From positions 1,240,001 through 1,304,000 of the forward strand of contig OZ361260.1 of the NCBI GenBank assembly GCA_977018835.1: a stretch of DNA of 64,000 nt. The letters run 5' to 3'. The stretch comes from Minutocellus sp. GHC0000111 (lineage: Eukaryota). Made by a program: the position numbers and the translations under genes. Positions 36,269 through 48,092 of the stretch are shown piece by piece (position 1 is the stretch's first letter; each line of letters begins with the position of its first letter). Below the pieces are notes generated by a model that made no database searches, was not told where the DNA came from, and saw only the letters and a list, made by a program, of their open reading frames with translations.

Positions 36269-37909
36269 ATGAGCCGCCGCCGCCAGTCGGTGAATATCGT
36301 GCCGGCCCCTGGCCCGTCATCTGGTCAGCACCATTCAGCTTATGAAAACCATCCCCATGAAAGCGCCCCGAGTCTGAATTATCACCATGAAAAGCGCAGC
36401 TCGAACGGCAGCGAACGGCACGGCAGTATGCAGCATCGACGCGTTCCATCCGGCGCTGCGCCCTCAGCAAGTAACAGGCATGGCAGTTTGAACATGGCCG
36501 GGTCAAGTCCCGACCGGCCAAGTGGATCGAGAAAGCAACAGGGAGTAGTCGGCCGACGACATTCCACAGCGATTGATCCTAGAGCCGTGAAAGAGGCGGC
36601 TCGTCGACCTAGCAGTTTGGCTGCAACTTCCGGCAATCCGTCCCATCTGACTGCCCACAATTCCATGCCTCGTGTTCTTAGTTCCGACATGGTACCAGGC
36701 GTCGACAATGGCAATCACAGCCGAGACCGTGATAGGGTCCGCCGACCATCGTCCGAAAAGGATCAGCTTCCTTCCACGTACAATCGGTTTGATGAGTCGG
36801 CCCTCATTCATGATTCTCACGGAAGTTCAAGCCTTGGCAGCTCGCAGAACAGCGGAAATCTCAAGTCCAACCGTGCCGGTACTAGCAAGCAGATCAAGAA
36901 CAACCGCAGCCGGGATCTGCAGAGCCTGGCCGAACTTGGATTGGAACTGCACGAGGAACTCAATGCCAGTGGCGAGACCGGCAGTGGATACAGTGGATCG
37001 GACGTGGCCAAGGTCGAGCCGTCCAGATCCAAAAAGGGAGAAGGCCTTAGTACCAACAGCGGCCGCAGCTTGGACATCGATCTCGATTCCGTGGAGGCCA
37101 AGGCGATTATCAAGCTGCAGAAACAGCTCCAGAATGCCCAGGCTGAGATTCGATCAGCACATCAAAAAAGCTCCGAATTATCTTTAGACAATGCCGAGCG
37201 TGGCGTTCAAATTCACGAATTGACGCAGCAGGTGAAGGGGCTGCTGCTACTAAACGAACAGGCGAATACCGTCCGGGTTGAGAATGAAAACCTTCACCGC
37301 AAGGTGAAGCGGGGGTCGGGAGAGGCCGCGGCCAAGGTCGATACGCTCCGACAGGACAATGATATGCTCCGAAGAGAGATTGAAAAGCTCCGGATGGACA
37401 ACCAGTGGTTGGCCGACCAGCGAGATGAGCTCAAGAACGAGGTATCCTATCTGCGCAAGGAGCGGGAAGGTGCTCTGCTGGAGATAGACCGACTTCGCAT
37501 GGACGCTCAGCGCATGGCGGATCAGAAGAACGAGTTGAAGAAGGAGGTTCACATCCTCCGCAAGGATCGAGAGGCGATGAAGGATAAGGTCGGAAGAGCG
37601 ACGGCACGGGCACAAAAGCTCGAAGCGGAGAATCACAGCCTCGTGAATGAGCTTGCCAAGTCTCGCTCTATGCTAGAAAAGACCGAAAAGGCGAGAAGGG
37701 CCCAAGAAGATTTGATGGCGGCCAAGATGGCAGCGGCGTCCATGGGGTCTGCTTCGGCCAAGCACCATCGCTCAGTTGGTTCCAGGGGTTCGATCCGAGT
37801 GACAGTTCCGCCCCCGACGAGCGCATCGGACGGCGTCGTCAAGACGAGCATGGCCCCCAGTCTAAATGATGATCTTCTACGACGGAATGGAAGACGCCCA
37901 ATGTCGTAG
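36269..37909 (+). CDS. Hypothetical coiled-coil protein
   Basis: 546-aa ORF; disordered N-half; heptad C-half with a duplicated LRMDxQxxADQxxELKxEV. Confidence 0.75.
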   Translation: MSRRRQSVNIVPAPGPSSGQHHSAYENHPHESAPSLNYHHEKRSSNGSERHGSMQHRRVPSGAAPSASNRHGSLNMAGSSPDRPSGSRKQQGVVGRRHSTAIDPRAVKEAARRPSSLAATSGNPSHLTAHNSMPRVLSSDMVPGVDNGNHSRDRDRVRRPSSEKDQLPSTYNRFDESALIHDSHGSSSLGSSQNSGNLKSNRAGTSKQIKNNRSRDLQSLAELGLELHEELNASGETGSGYSGSDVAKVEPSRSKKGEGLSTNSGRSLDIDLDSVEAKAIIKLQKQLQNAQAEIRSAHQKSSELSLDNAERGVQIHELTQQVKGLLLLNEQANTVRVENENLHRKVKRGSGEAAAKVDTLRQDNDMLRREIEKLRMDNQWLADQRDELKNEVSYLRKEREGALLEIDRLRMDAQRMADQKNELKKEVHILRKDREAMKDKVGRATARAQKLEAENHSLVNELAKSRSMLEKTEKARRAQEDLMAAKMAAASMGSASAKHHRSVGSRGSIRVTVPPPTSASDGVVKTSMAPSLNDDLLRRNGRRPMS

Positions 37910-38131
37910 ATGATGGGAACGGCAAAAAACGTTAAAATGCCACTTTATGTATGTGTAGCTGCATAAGCTTCCGCTATGCATTGTATATAAATGTATGGGT
38001 TGAAGTTAATATGAGCATCACTGTCTTATAAAGTTAAAAGTTTCAGTGTACAAGCAAGTATACCGGTAGTTGAAAAGGAGACTCAGTACCGGTAATTTAT
38101 CATCTCCATCTGCTTTTCCAATGGGCGGTTG

Positions 38132-40561
38132 CTATTGGTCGTTCTCATAACCCTCGAGAGGAACAAATTTCCGCGTTGACATTTCACCAATATCGCGCGG
38201 GCCGAGTAGTTCGGACTGTAGAGAGCAGTAATACATGAACAACTGAGTTATTCCCAGCTCATCCAGAATTTCGATACGATCCTCGAGTACAGTCTGGAAA
38301 TATCCATCGCCACCGCCGGCGAGATAATCTGACGATAATGCCCGAATCACAGTCGTATCGTCGGTTGGGTCCAGAAGAATCCAGCCATCCTCCATCTCGT
38401 CGCTGTCTCTTTCCCCGTAGCTTGAGAATGGATGTATGCGCACGTTGGTAGCCTTCTGGCCTTCTTGGGCATTGAGATCGACATCATACCTCAGACCGGC
38501 AGCGTACGGATAAGTGCTCTCAAATGGCCAGGTCAGTTTGACCGTCGGAGATTCTGGAAAGAACTGTGCCTGCTGCTCTCCCGAGATTACAAATCCTGTA
38601 TCAAACAACGCTCCGTTGAGTGTTTCGTATATTTCCGCCGGAGTTACGGACAGATAGGCCACACGATTGTTGGTAAAGGGAATGACCATCTTTCGGACGA
38701 AACCGGCCGTCAAATCGCCGGCAAAGATGTCCGATCGGAAGGCACCGCCATTGATGAGGGCAATGTCAATCTTGGCCGCGGGATCCGATGCACTCAGGAG
38801 GCCATCGGCAATAAGCTGGTCCATTGGTCCGCCCTTGAGTAGATCCACTATGGGATCGGTGCAAACTTGCGATACGTTTGTCATGATAGGCAATAAAGAG
38901 AAGCAGATGGGTTCCGGCACGGTGGTCAGCACCTCACTATTGGTAGGATTGAAATCATAGGCCGGGTACGTCGCATTTTCACCACCGCCGTCGGGCGGTG
39001 AGGGAGTAGGCGCATCATCCTTCCTCTTCGAGAGGGCAAATCCAACGACAAAACCAATCACCACGGTCCGACGAGGCAACAAACACTTGTCCATGAGGGG
39101 TTCGGCTACCAGTATATCAGAGTCGGCCGGTTGAGAGGCCCCTGTCCCTCCTTCGATTTCCAATGGACTTGTCTCTTGGCCTCCTCCATCGACTACCTGG
39201 GAGGAGGACGACAGTGTCCGACTTTGAGTACCAGCGCGGCTCTGATCACGATGATTGCTCTCATCGACCGACGTGCACGTGGCCTCCAGAACGTCGGTGT
39301 AGGGGTCCGTCGGTCGGGCCGATCGGCGCTGTCGGCCTCTGCCGCGAGCGCTGCTAGTACCGGCGGAACTTCTTCGTTGTCGTCCATAATTATGATTTGC
39401 CGAGGATGAGGAAAGCTCCACGGGTGGTCCAAGGGTCGACACATCCCCATCGTCGTCATCCTCCTCATCATTCTCAATATCCTCATAGTCTGGCGGTGGG
39501 TCTTTGCCATCAACTTGATCATCATCGTCATGATCACCATCATCGTCATGATTTCCATCATCATCACCATGGGTCGAATCCACGACGAGGGTAGCCTCGG
39601 CCAAAAACTCAATGTCGGGATGGTTGGCCAGATCGCCCGATCCAGTATTGGTAGTGATCGCGCCAGTTCCTCCACCGGTCGCTCCTGCACCTGCAGCCGA
39701 CATGGACCTGGTGGTAATGCTACTGGCTCTGCGACGATGGCTACTGCTGCTAGTACCGATACCGCTGGGGTCCTCCGTGTAAGCGCCGCTGGTCATGCTG
39801 ATTCTCAAGCTGGGCCGGCGGGTGCCCATGCCCGACGCTCGGGCGGCCCGTGCTTCGGCGTCGAGGGCAGCCCTGACCTCAGCCACGGCGGAATCTTCCG
39901 ACTGGCCGGATTGCGCGGAATGGACCGAACGAGTGGACCCCCTCCGTCGACTGCTGCTGCCACCAGCTGCTTCGGTACCAAGATTAGCATCCGAGCGGCG
40001 ACCACTGCTACTGCCAGTCGTGCTGGAAACATTTTCCATACCATTCGGATTTCTGCCATGTGCATGTACGTCACTGGCCCCGCCCAAACCCAGCACGACG
40101 TCTCCGCTGGCGTCGCCGAGCCTCCTCCCGCTGCCAAACAGGGAGCTCTGCGATCCTCCTCGATGATCGGGACCGTCCACCGCGTACGCCCCGGGCCGGC
40201 TCTGGCAATCCGCAATTGTCTGGTGATTACTTCTAGTAGTATGGTTTCTCGCCGTCCGATTGTCCGTCCCAAAACCGCTGGCCGCCGCCAAACTTTCGAT
40301 CTCGGCCTTGCTTTCCTCTTCTTCGTCAACGCTGTTGGAAGCAGTTTCTCCTCCTCCTCCTCCTCCTGGTCGAGGCCTCCTCCTCCGAATTTTGGTGCCC
40401 GAAGCCAACGACGAAGATGCCGCCTTCATCTTCTCCGTTTCGTCGTCATCGTCGTTGCCGTTGCTGCCGATGCGTTTGTTGTTATTCTTTTTGCCGTCAT
40501 CGTCGTTGTTCTTATTGCTGTCCCCGGTACCGCCGCCAGACGGTGGCAGGGGGGTGGACAT
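38132..40561 (-). CDS. Membrane protein with only a 5'-nucleotidase C-terminal domain, paralog A (TM shortened)
   Basis: PGAYAV in the disordered N-terminus; ALINGGAFRSDI..GDLT..IPFTN and DYLAGGGDGY. Confidence 0.8.
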   Translation of the reverse strand: MSTPLPPSGGGTGDSNKNNDDDGKKNNNKRIGSNGNDDDDETEKMKAASSSLASGTKIRRRRPRPGGGGGGETASNSVDEEEESKAEIESLAAASGFGTDNRTARNHTTRSNHQTIADCQSRPGAYAVDGPDHRGGSQSSLFGSGRRLGDASGDVVLGLGGASDVHAHGRNPNGMENVSSTTGSSSGRRSDANLGTEAAGGSSSRRRGSTRSVHSAQSGQSEDSAVAEVRAALDAEARAARASGMGTRRPSLRISMTSGAYTEDPSGIGTSSSSHRRRASSITTRSMSAAGAGATGGGTGAITTNTGSGDLANHPDIEFLAEATLVVDSTHGDDDGNHDDDGDHDDDDQVDGKDPPPDYEDIENDEEDDDDGDVSTLGPPVELSSSSANHNYGRQRRSSAGTSSARGRGRQRRSARPTDPYTDVLEATCTSVDESNHRDQSRAGTQSRTLSSSSQVVDGGGQETSPLEIEGGTGASQPADSDILVAEPLMDKCLLPRRTVVIGFVVGFALSKRKDDAPTPSPPDGGGENATYPAYDFNPTNSEVLTTVPEPICFSLLPIMTNVSQVCTDPIVDLLKGGPMDQLIADGLLSASDPAAKIDIALINGGAFRSDIFAGDLTAGFVRKMVIPFTNNRVAYLSVTPAEIYETLNGALFDTGFVISGEQQAQFFPESPTVKLTWPFESTYPYAAGLRYDVDLNAQEGQKATNVRIHPFSSYGERDSDEMEDGWILLDPTDDTTVIRALSSDYLAGGGDGYFQTVLEDRIEILDELGITQLFMYYCSLQSELLGPRDIGEMSTRKFVPLEGYENDQ

Positions 40562-41577
40562 AATTGTTTATGTATATATGTTCTTCTCGATCGATCCAGA
40601 AGTAAAGCCAAAAGCAAGCTGTGGACTTCCCACAGCAGCCAGCTAGCCTGCCTGGTTTCGGCTCGAAGGAGAGCTGCTGGGCTTGTATGTGTGTAGATGT
40701 TGTTCTTTTGTGTGGCGTAGTGTATGAGTACCTCTACTACCGTAGCTCTAGGCCAAACCGGTATCGTTCTGACTCCAAAATCGGCGTGCCCGGTCAGCAC
40801 ACGTACTCGTAGTACAAAGCACAAACCCCGACTGCGCGGCTTTCCGGTTGCTTTAGGCCTTGCTAGAGATCAGTCATATATTAGCTAGCTAGCTAGTATC
40901 TGGAAGAAACCTGGCCTGCCTGGCCTGCACACGCACGTGATGTCGATTGCTCGGTGTTGGAAAACCCGGCCTTGCGCTCTCTCTCCGTGTTGCTCTTCCT
41001 CTCCTCTTTCTTCTTGCCACGAATTGAATGGAATTAATTGATTGTGCCGGAAGCGTGTGAGAATACACGTACGCCTAGCGCATGCGGCCGGGAGCGATGC
41101 GAAAAGAGATTTTGTTTATGTGTGTTCGAGTGTGTGCAACGTTGATCACCCTTTGGCGGCTCGCTCGATGTTTGAACAAACTGCCTTCCTTGCAACTGTG
41201 CGCGGCGTCATCAACGCATGGCCAGCCATGCATCTGAGGCTGGTTGGCGACTTGCTGGCGGTTTGGCCTCCTCGCGAGATGCACCTTCGAGTTTTTGAGG
41301 TCTGGAGTTTTTCATTAGCAGAAATTTGCCTTTTAGTTTAGGTTGCTGTCACGAAGAAAGTGGTTTTCGGACGATTTTACGGTCGAATAAGTCATGATCG
41401 TTGTCATTCCCGAGCAGCCAAGCAACCCCATGGCGATGGCCCCGCCCCCGCCCACGGCGGCCGAATGAGCCGTTTCACATCCACGGCAAATGCATGCTGG
41501 TAAATCAAAGCAGAAGTCAGCAGTCATATCTTTTCATGAAATAAGTAGAAAGAGCAAGATAAAAGATACACAGCTAA

Positions 41578-44172
41578 ATGAAAATGAGGCGCATATCACA
41601 CGTGCTTGTATTGGCACCATGTCTGCATTGGGCACAAGTGATGCCCATGATGGCGAATTCCATGCAGGCCCGGCCCCGCCCAAACGCATGTGGACGGTAC
41701 AGACAGCCCTCTTCCGTTCCAACCGTGAATGAGCAGCAAGGCTTAACTTCGTCTAATGGCCAACAGGATTCACAAATTTTTGCGCTTTGCCTGCACGGAG
41801 ATGAACATTGTCACTATCTGGCAGATGAAGATGGCTACGTCGTCACACAGGACGATGATGACAGAATGGTTTATGCTCGGAAATCAAGCGCAAACGCAAA
41901 GCCAACTGATGATTATAGCACAAAAGGTATGCTGGCACCGACGGATTTGCTTGTTGGGAGTGATGTCAGCCCCTGCGACTATGGCGAAATGCCGCACATC
42001 ACCTCCCAAGATATGCTCGAGATGTGCTCAGAGAGGATGCAATATTCAATACAGCAGCAGCGATCTCCGGGCAGCATCGGTGTCGACACTGGTGCTGGTG
42101 CTGGTCGGACAGCCGTAGTATATCCCACAGGAAAATACGTCGGATCCTGGCGCAACCTCGTCATACCGGTTCGATTTTCGGACCACCGAACGCGAATCTT
42201 GCCCACACGTCAAGACATAAAAGATCTGTTCAACCATCCCGACTCTGGCAAGTCTGTCCAAGATTGGTTCCTGACCAACTCGTACGGACGGTTTCATCTG
42301 CACAGCGTCGTGACCGGTTGGGTCGACTTGGACCATAGAGAGAGCTATTACAACACCGCCGATGAATATTTGGACTACAGCAAAATGGAGGAATTGGTCA
42401 CCGAGGCGTTGAACAAGTTGGAGCAGCAAGAGCAATTTGATTTTGATGCCGCCGGGAAGGAGCACAGCGAGGGGGACTACATTGGCGTAACCTTACTGCA
42501 CTCGGGATACGGAGGAGAGTTCAGCGATCCAGATTGTCAGACGGGTGCACTGCCCACCAGGCGGGTATGGTCGCATCAATGGCACCTTGACTGGGCAAGT
42601 ACTCGCTACCCCAACATTCGATTTGAGGAGTATGCCATCACGTCCAGTATGTTTGGTGCCTGCGGTAGCGAATTGCAGCATCTCATCGCCGTCGTTCACG
42701 AGCAGAGCCATGTGCTCGGTCTTAGGGATATGATCGGATCGGGCGGTTCCGGTGGCTCGGGCGTCGGTGCCTGGGATGTCATGGGGGACGCCTGGGGATG
42801 GAACGGCAGAGCTGATAGGGGGCAGCTGTCTGCATATTCCAAGATTCAGCTGGGGTGGGTTGAACCGACGATACTGGAAGCAAGTGGGCAATACAGCATT
42901 CGTCCCTCGGCCAGTCACAGCGATGTTTATCGGATCGATGCTGGATTCCCATCCAAATCAGAATATTTGCTAATTGAGAGTCGGCAGCCAATAAAGCAAG
43001 ATGTCGACCTTGATCTTGGTGGGTTGGCAATATGGCACGTCGACGAGACGAGACATTTTGCTGACCCAGACCAATATCCAGAGCATGAAGATTATCCCAA
43101 GGCTCATGGTCGTGTGGTGCTCTTGCAGGCCGACGGCAAATATGATTTACAAAAGAAGTCAACGACTGGCGATTTGGGGGACTTATATCGCCGTGGTCAG
43201 GAGATTGGACCTGGACAGAGCCAATCGATTTGGAGCAGCGACGCTGGGCCGTATCCCAACACCGACTCGTATCTCAACGGCCAAGTGAAGCAGACCGGGG
43301 CTCGAATCTACGATATCAGCGCCCCGGGAGAGGAAATGAAATTCTCATTCTCTTCATCAGTATAAGAGGCTATGGAGCTCAGTCCTGGAAATCCATCCGA
43401 GGCGCCGCAGCTGTCGGGTCTCCCATGTGAATTTGATGTGAGAATGTCGTGCCATCTTCAAAATACTGAAATAGAATGTGAGAATGTTTCCATTCAGGTT
43501 GCGCAGGATCAGCTTGACCCAGTATGCGTTGGCGTCGCAGACATTTTCCTCTACATAGTGAACAAAGGCATCAATGACGAGCTGATAAGCGAGACAAATC
43601 TGTTTGTTGGCGGACGAGTACAATCCAGTGCAGCGAATTTCACTCTCAAGGCTGGAGCAGAGCTTGTATTGGAGACTAATCTGGGAGAAAATTTTTGCCA
43701 AGAAGGCAGATCCTACTTTAGTTCGGGGCGAGTGGTGGTCAGTTGGGAAAGTGCGGTTGGCGAAAATGCTGAAGCCTGCGTCGTCGGGGCGTCGACTGGG
43801 TTTGATACTGGCATTATCGGTTGTGTAAATTGTGATCGATTTTACGAAGGAGGATTTGGTGACTGCTCCACATACGCCCAGGGCGAAATCAACGAAAACT
43901 TTTGTTCGGTCGATCGAGATGCACTGGGAAATTTGGCAATGGATGTTTGCCAGGAGTGCGGAGAATGCAGAAATACAAACAGTGCTGTCAAATGCCATCT
44001 TACGGGCATGCAGTTCGATGCTGGCTATGGGCGATGCGAGACCTATGCGGCAGGGGCTGAGAACCATGCCTATTGTGATCTTGACGAAGACTATTTCATC
44101 GATCCGCAAGGCATGACCGCAAGTCAGGTTTGTGAAGAATGCGGTCAGTGCATCAAGACTGTGGTCATTTAA
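41578..44172 (+). pseudogene. Secreted M6-family (immune inhibitor A-like) metalloprotease with Cys-rich C-terminal repeats; in-frame TAA at 43363-43365
   Basis: NLVIPVRFSDH, NSYG, HSGYG, VWSH, HEQSHVLGLRD, EYLLIESRQ, GGLAIWHVDE, LQADG. The downstream ORF at 43372 is in the same frame. Confidence 0.8.
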
Positions 44173-44323
44173 TTGAATTAGGTCCAAACAGCGTGCGTAG
44201 GTACGTGGGTACTAGATGTTTTTGTGTATCTAGCTAGAGATCAAAGATTGCAACGTTACGTCGTACCGTATTTTGCTATGTATAAACTAAATTCTTTTCA
44301 ATCAAGATGTACAGGAAACGTTG

Positions 44324-46864
44324 TTACAAGTTATTTTCAAAGCCCTCAAGAGGTACAAAATTCCGCGTGGACATTCCATCTATGTAGTCCGGGGCAATCA
44401 GTTCGGATTGGAGAGAGCAGTAGTACATGAAGACGTCATTGAATTCCAGAGCATCCTCAATTTCGATCCGCTCTTTGGCCACAGTCTGGAAGTAGCCATC
44501 GCCACCACCAGCAAGGAAATCAGGAGATAACACTCGGATCAGTGTAGAGCTATCAGAGGGATCAAGATACATCCAGCCATCCTCGACATCCCCCACCGCT
44601 TCCATCGTTTTGTTTGCGGTATTCCTTTCTATACTCGCCACAGTTTCATTGCTCAATGACTTGGAACGGATTCTAACGTTGGTAGCTTTTTGGCCCTCCG
44701 GAGCGTTGAGGTCCACATCATATCTAAGTCCGGCAGCATACGGATACGTGCTCTCAAACGGCCAGGTCAGTTTCACTGTAGGATTCTCTCCGTTCCTTCT
44801 CTGCTGCTCTTCGGTGATGACTATGCCGGTATCAAACAGTGCCGCATTGAGCGTGTCATATATCTCTGCAGGAGTTACGGACAAATAGGCCACGCGATTG
44901 TTGTTGAATGGCATGACCATACTTTGGATGTAGCCAACAGTCAAATCGCCAGGTAAGATGTCTGCTCGAAAACCGCCAGCGTTGAGTAGGACGACGTCAA
45001 TATTGGCCGCTGGGTCCGATGCACTCAGCAGGCCGTCGGCAATGAGCTGGCACATTGGTCCGCCCTTTGGCAGATCGATGACCGGATCTGTGCAAATGTC
45101 GGAAACGTTGCTCATAATGGGAAGGAGGGAGAAGCAGATGGGCTCTGGTACTGTGGTCAGTACCGCATCGTCTGACAAATCAAAGTCGTAAACGGGGTAA
45201 GAAGCTCCACCGTCGGGAGGCAAGGAAATTGATCCATCATCCTTCTTCGACAAGGGTATCCCCACGCCCAAGGCGACGGACAACATAAGGGCGAAGCCCA
45301 CCACAAGGCCCAGTGCCACAGTTCGTCGGGGCAGCAGGCACTTGTCCTTGAGGGGTTCGGCAACCAAGACGCTTGATTCGGTAGAAGGTGCACTCGATCC
45401 CTCTTCCATTCCTACGAGACTTGGACTTGTACAGCTTTCTGGTCTTCCTTGTTCATCGTTGCCGTCATCAAGCAAGGAGGAGGGCATTTCCCGGCTGTGC
45501 GTCCGACTACGGCTGGCAGCGTTGCTCTCGTCGATTGATGTGCACGATGCCTCGGGAAGGTCGGCATAGGGATCAGTTGTTCGGTCCGATCGGCGCTGTC
45601 GTCTACCTCGATGAGAATCACCGTTGCTACCAGCATTTCCAATACCGTTAGCGCTGCCATTACCTCTGGATCTACTACTGCCATGGCTGGTGCTTCTCAC
45701 TCTTGTAGGCAGTCCCATTCGACTGGCCAAAGAAGAAAGTTCCGGTGGCGGACCTATAGTTGAAACATCTGCACTGGTCATAGTGCCATCTTCATCCACG
45801 TCATTGAGAGCCACCTGGTAGTCTGGCGGAGGGTCGTTTTCATCAAAATCGTCTCCAGCATATGCATCTCCATCGTCTTGATCATCATCATCACCATTGG
45901 CCGAATCCACGACGAGTGTCGCCTCGGCCAGAAATTCAATATCTGGATGGTTGGCGAGGGCCAGATCCACCGACCTACTGCCGGTTATACCGACACCAGT
46001 GGTACCACTGGGAGTAGCCCTCCCGAGGCCATCCGCAACACCAGAGCTACCAATATCTCCACTGGTCACGCTGCTTCGCATGCTGCTCCTCATGCTGCTT
46101 CGCATGCTGCTTCTCATACTGGGCCGGCGGGTACCCATGCCAGCTGCCCGGACGGCCTCCTGTTCGGCTTCGAGGGCGGCCCTCACTTCGGCCACGGCGG
46201 AATTTTCCGACGCCTGATTGGATTGGGCGGAATCGCTGATGATGGTGTGCCCATCTTCCCCATTGCTGTTGGCGTTGTTGCCAGCAGTGTCATTTTCGTC
46301 GATGGAAAGTCCAATATTTTCATCTTTGTTGCCGCTATTGTTGTTGTTGTTGCTGGTCTCTGGATCGACCCCGCCGACCAAACGCAGCAGCGGGTCTTGC
46401 GATCCATGATCGGGCCCATCCACCGCATACGCTCCGGGCTTGATGTTGTGTCTGGTAGACCTAATGGCGGTACTATGGCCGGCGCTGGCACTAGCGCTAG
46501 CATTTCGGGCAACTGCCGTCATCTCATTATCAGCAGATGTGCTAGAAGAAGCAAATCCAAACCCGCTGGCCGCCGCCAGACTTTCGATTTCCACCTTGGA
46601 TTCCTCCTCTTCGTCCTCGGCCGTTGCCCCTAAACGAGGAGGCCGTCGTCGGATTTTTCGACCGGCTAGCTCAGATTCCGAACAATGTTTGCCGTTCGGT
46701 GCCGAAAGTTTGTCCGGTGGCCTATCGCCGCCTCCGCCGCCGCCAGATGGAGGAGACTCGGGCGCCGACTTTTCGTCCTGTTCGTTTTCCATGCTACGAT
46801 CGTACCTTCTGCTTGTTCTTTGTTTGTGTTTCTTCTTGCTCTCGTGATCAGCCAGCCAAGTCAA
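44324..46864 (-). CDS. Single-pass type II membrane protein with only a 5'-nucleotidase C-terminal domain, paralog B
   Basis: PGAYAV; TM VALGLVVGFALMLSVALGVGIPL; LNAGGFRADI, MPFNN, DFLAGGGDGY. Confidence 0.8.
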   Translation of the reverse strand: MTWLADHESKKKHKQRTSRRYDRSMENEQDEKSAPESPPSGGGGGGDRPPDKLSAPNGKHCSESELAGRKIRRRPPRLGATAEDEEEESKVEIESLAAASGFGFASSSTSADNEMTAVARNASASASAGHSTAIRSTRHNIKPGAYAVDGPDHGSQDPLLRLVGGVDPETSNNNNNSGNKDENIGLSIDENDTAGNNANSNGEDGHTIISDSAQSNQASENSAVAEVRAALEAEQEAVRAAGMGTRRPSMRSSMRSSMRSSMRSSVTSGDIGSSGVADGLGRATPSGTTGVGITGSRSVDLALANHPDIEFLAEATLVVDSANGDDDDQDDGDAYAGDDFDENDPPPDYQVALNDVDEDGTMTSADVSTIGPPPELSSLASRMGLPTRVRSTSHGSSRSRGNGSANGIGNAGSNGDSHRGRRQRRSDRTTDPYADLPEASCTSIDESNAASRSRTHSREMPSSLLDDGNDEQGRPESCTSPSLVGMEEGSSAPSTESSVLVAEPLKDKCLLPRRTVALGLVVGFALMLSVALGVGIPLSKKDDGSISLPPDGGASYPVYDFDLSDDAVLTTVPEPICFSLLPIMSNVSDICTDPVIDLPKGGPMCQLIADGLLSASDPAANIDVVLLNAGGFRADILPGDLTVGYIQSMVMPFNNNRVAYLSVTPAEIYDTLNAALFDTGIVITEEQQRRNGENPTVKLTWPFESTYPYAAGLRYDVDLNAPEGQKATNVRIRSKSLSNETVASIERNTANKTMEAVGDVEDGWMYLDPSDSSTLIRVLSPDFLAGGGDGYFQTVAKERIEIEDALEFNDVFMYYCSLQSELIAPDYIDGMSTRNFVPLEGFENNL

Positions 46865-47559
46865 GAGCTAGCTAGAGGTAAAACAAAACAGTGTAGGATA
46901 TGTCAAGACAACAGAGACACGGAATGCAGCTACGCACGTAGTCTTGGAACTCGGACCGGACTCGACTCGACGAGGACTCTCTTTTGGTCACTCACTCGTT
47001 GTCGTTGTTATGCGGCGTTCGAGATTTGATTGTGTTATGCCTCGACTTTCGTGGATATTTATTTGAGAAATGCTCGACACGTGATGTGCTGACTTTTGAC
47101 GGAGGAATGGCGCGCGGCTCTTGGCCCAGAACGAAAACAAAGTGCGTGGGAGGCAAGGATGCTTCACGAAGGACGCTACCCGATCGGCCGATGAAAGAAG
47201 CAGATGGTGTTGATGCTCCAGTGCCGCCGAACCAGACGGCTTCGGGCCGGGTCTGGCTCTGCCTTGCGCGTTCAGGAAACCGCTGAAGTCAGAAAGCAGG
47301 AAATTATGAGAAGGCCTTGCACAAATGCCAGTCGATTGAGTCCAAACAGAATGGAATCCTGTGACACAACAGAAGAATGCCTGCATACTCTTCGTTCCTC
47401 CTCAGCTTCCATCGTCGTCAGTCGCCTCCCGTCCCCAACTTCAAGCAAGGCACGAGATGTGCTGGAAATAGCTAGCTAGTAGGCCTACCTTCGCTCTGCC
47501 TCATTGTTCGCCGGAGCCGTCGTTGGGGATACATCATAGCCAAATCTAACCAACCAAAC

Positions 47560-47781
47560 ATGATTGCCCGAAGTGCTCTCTGCCTGCTTGCACTGGGCGC
47601 ATCTGCGTCGGCATTTGTGCCAGCGGCACATAACAGCAAGGTCGCGACCATTCCCGCCGTATCTTCTGTTTCGGCTCCATCGTCGGCTGCTGCGCTTTCT
47701 TCGTCGTCGTCGGCACTCCAAATATCTGCCGTCCGAAGATCTGGCGGAGATGAGCTCATCGAGATAAGGATACACGTGTAA
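47560..47781 (+). pseudogene. Orphan bipartite plastid presequence with no evident mature protein
   Basis: MIARSALCLLALGASASAFVP plus a Ser/Ala-rich transit peptide, then a stop about 20 aa later. Confidence 0.55.
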
Positions 47782-48092
47782 TAGTTGCAAACGATGGAGG
47801 CCAATGCACTTGCTCATTTCACCACAAATCTGCACTGCCTACCGAGTCAGCAACGTACTAGTAGCACAGAGCGAATCATGGCACTGTAGTAGAAGCGGAA
47901 GAAGGAAGAGAAAGATACGTGGTTGGCTAAAGCGTTCGATCCGGCAATGAAAGTGAAAGTAGAAAAAAAATAAAAGGGTGATTTCTACCTTTCCCTCTGT
48001 GTTTTCAGAAAATATCGTCGTCTTAGCGGAAAGGATCTACTAGATCAAGTACGTGTAGCTGGAGCGAAGTTATCAGCCTCTCAGCTTCTTAG

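Noticed and set aside
39515..40696. Long antisense ORFs here and at 6532-7485, 21368-22219 and 45878-46633
   Set aside because: Shadows of GC-rich genes on the opposite strand.
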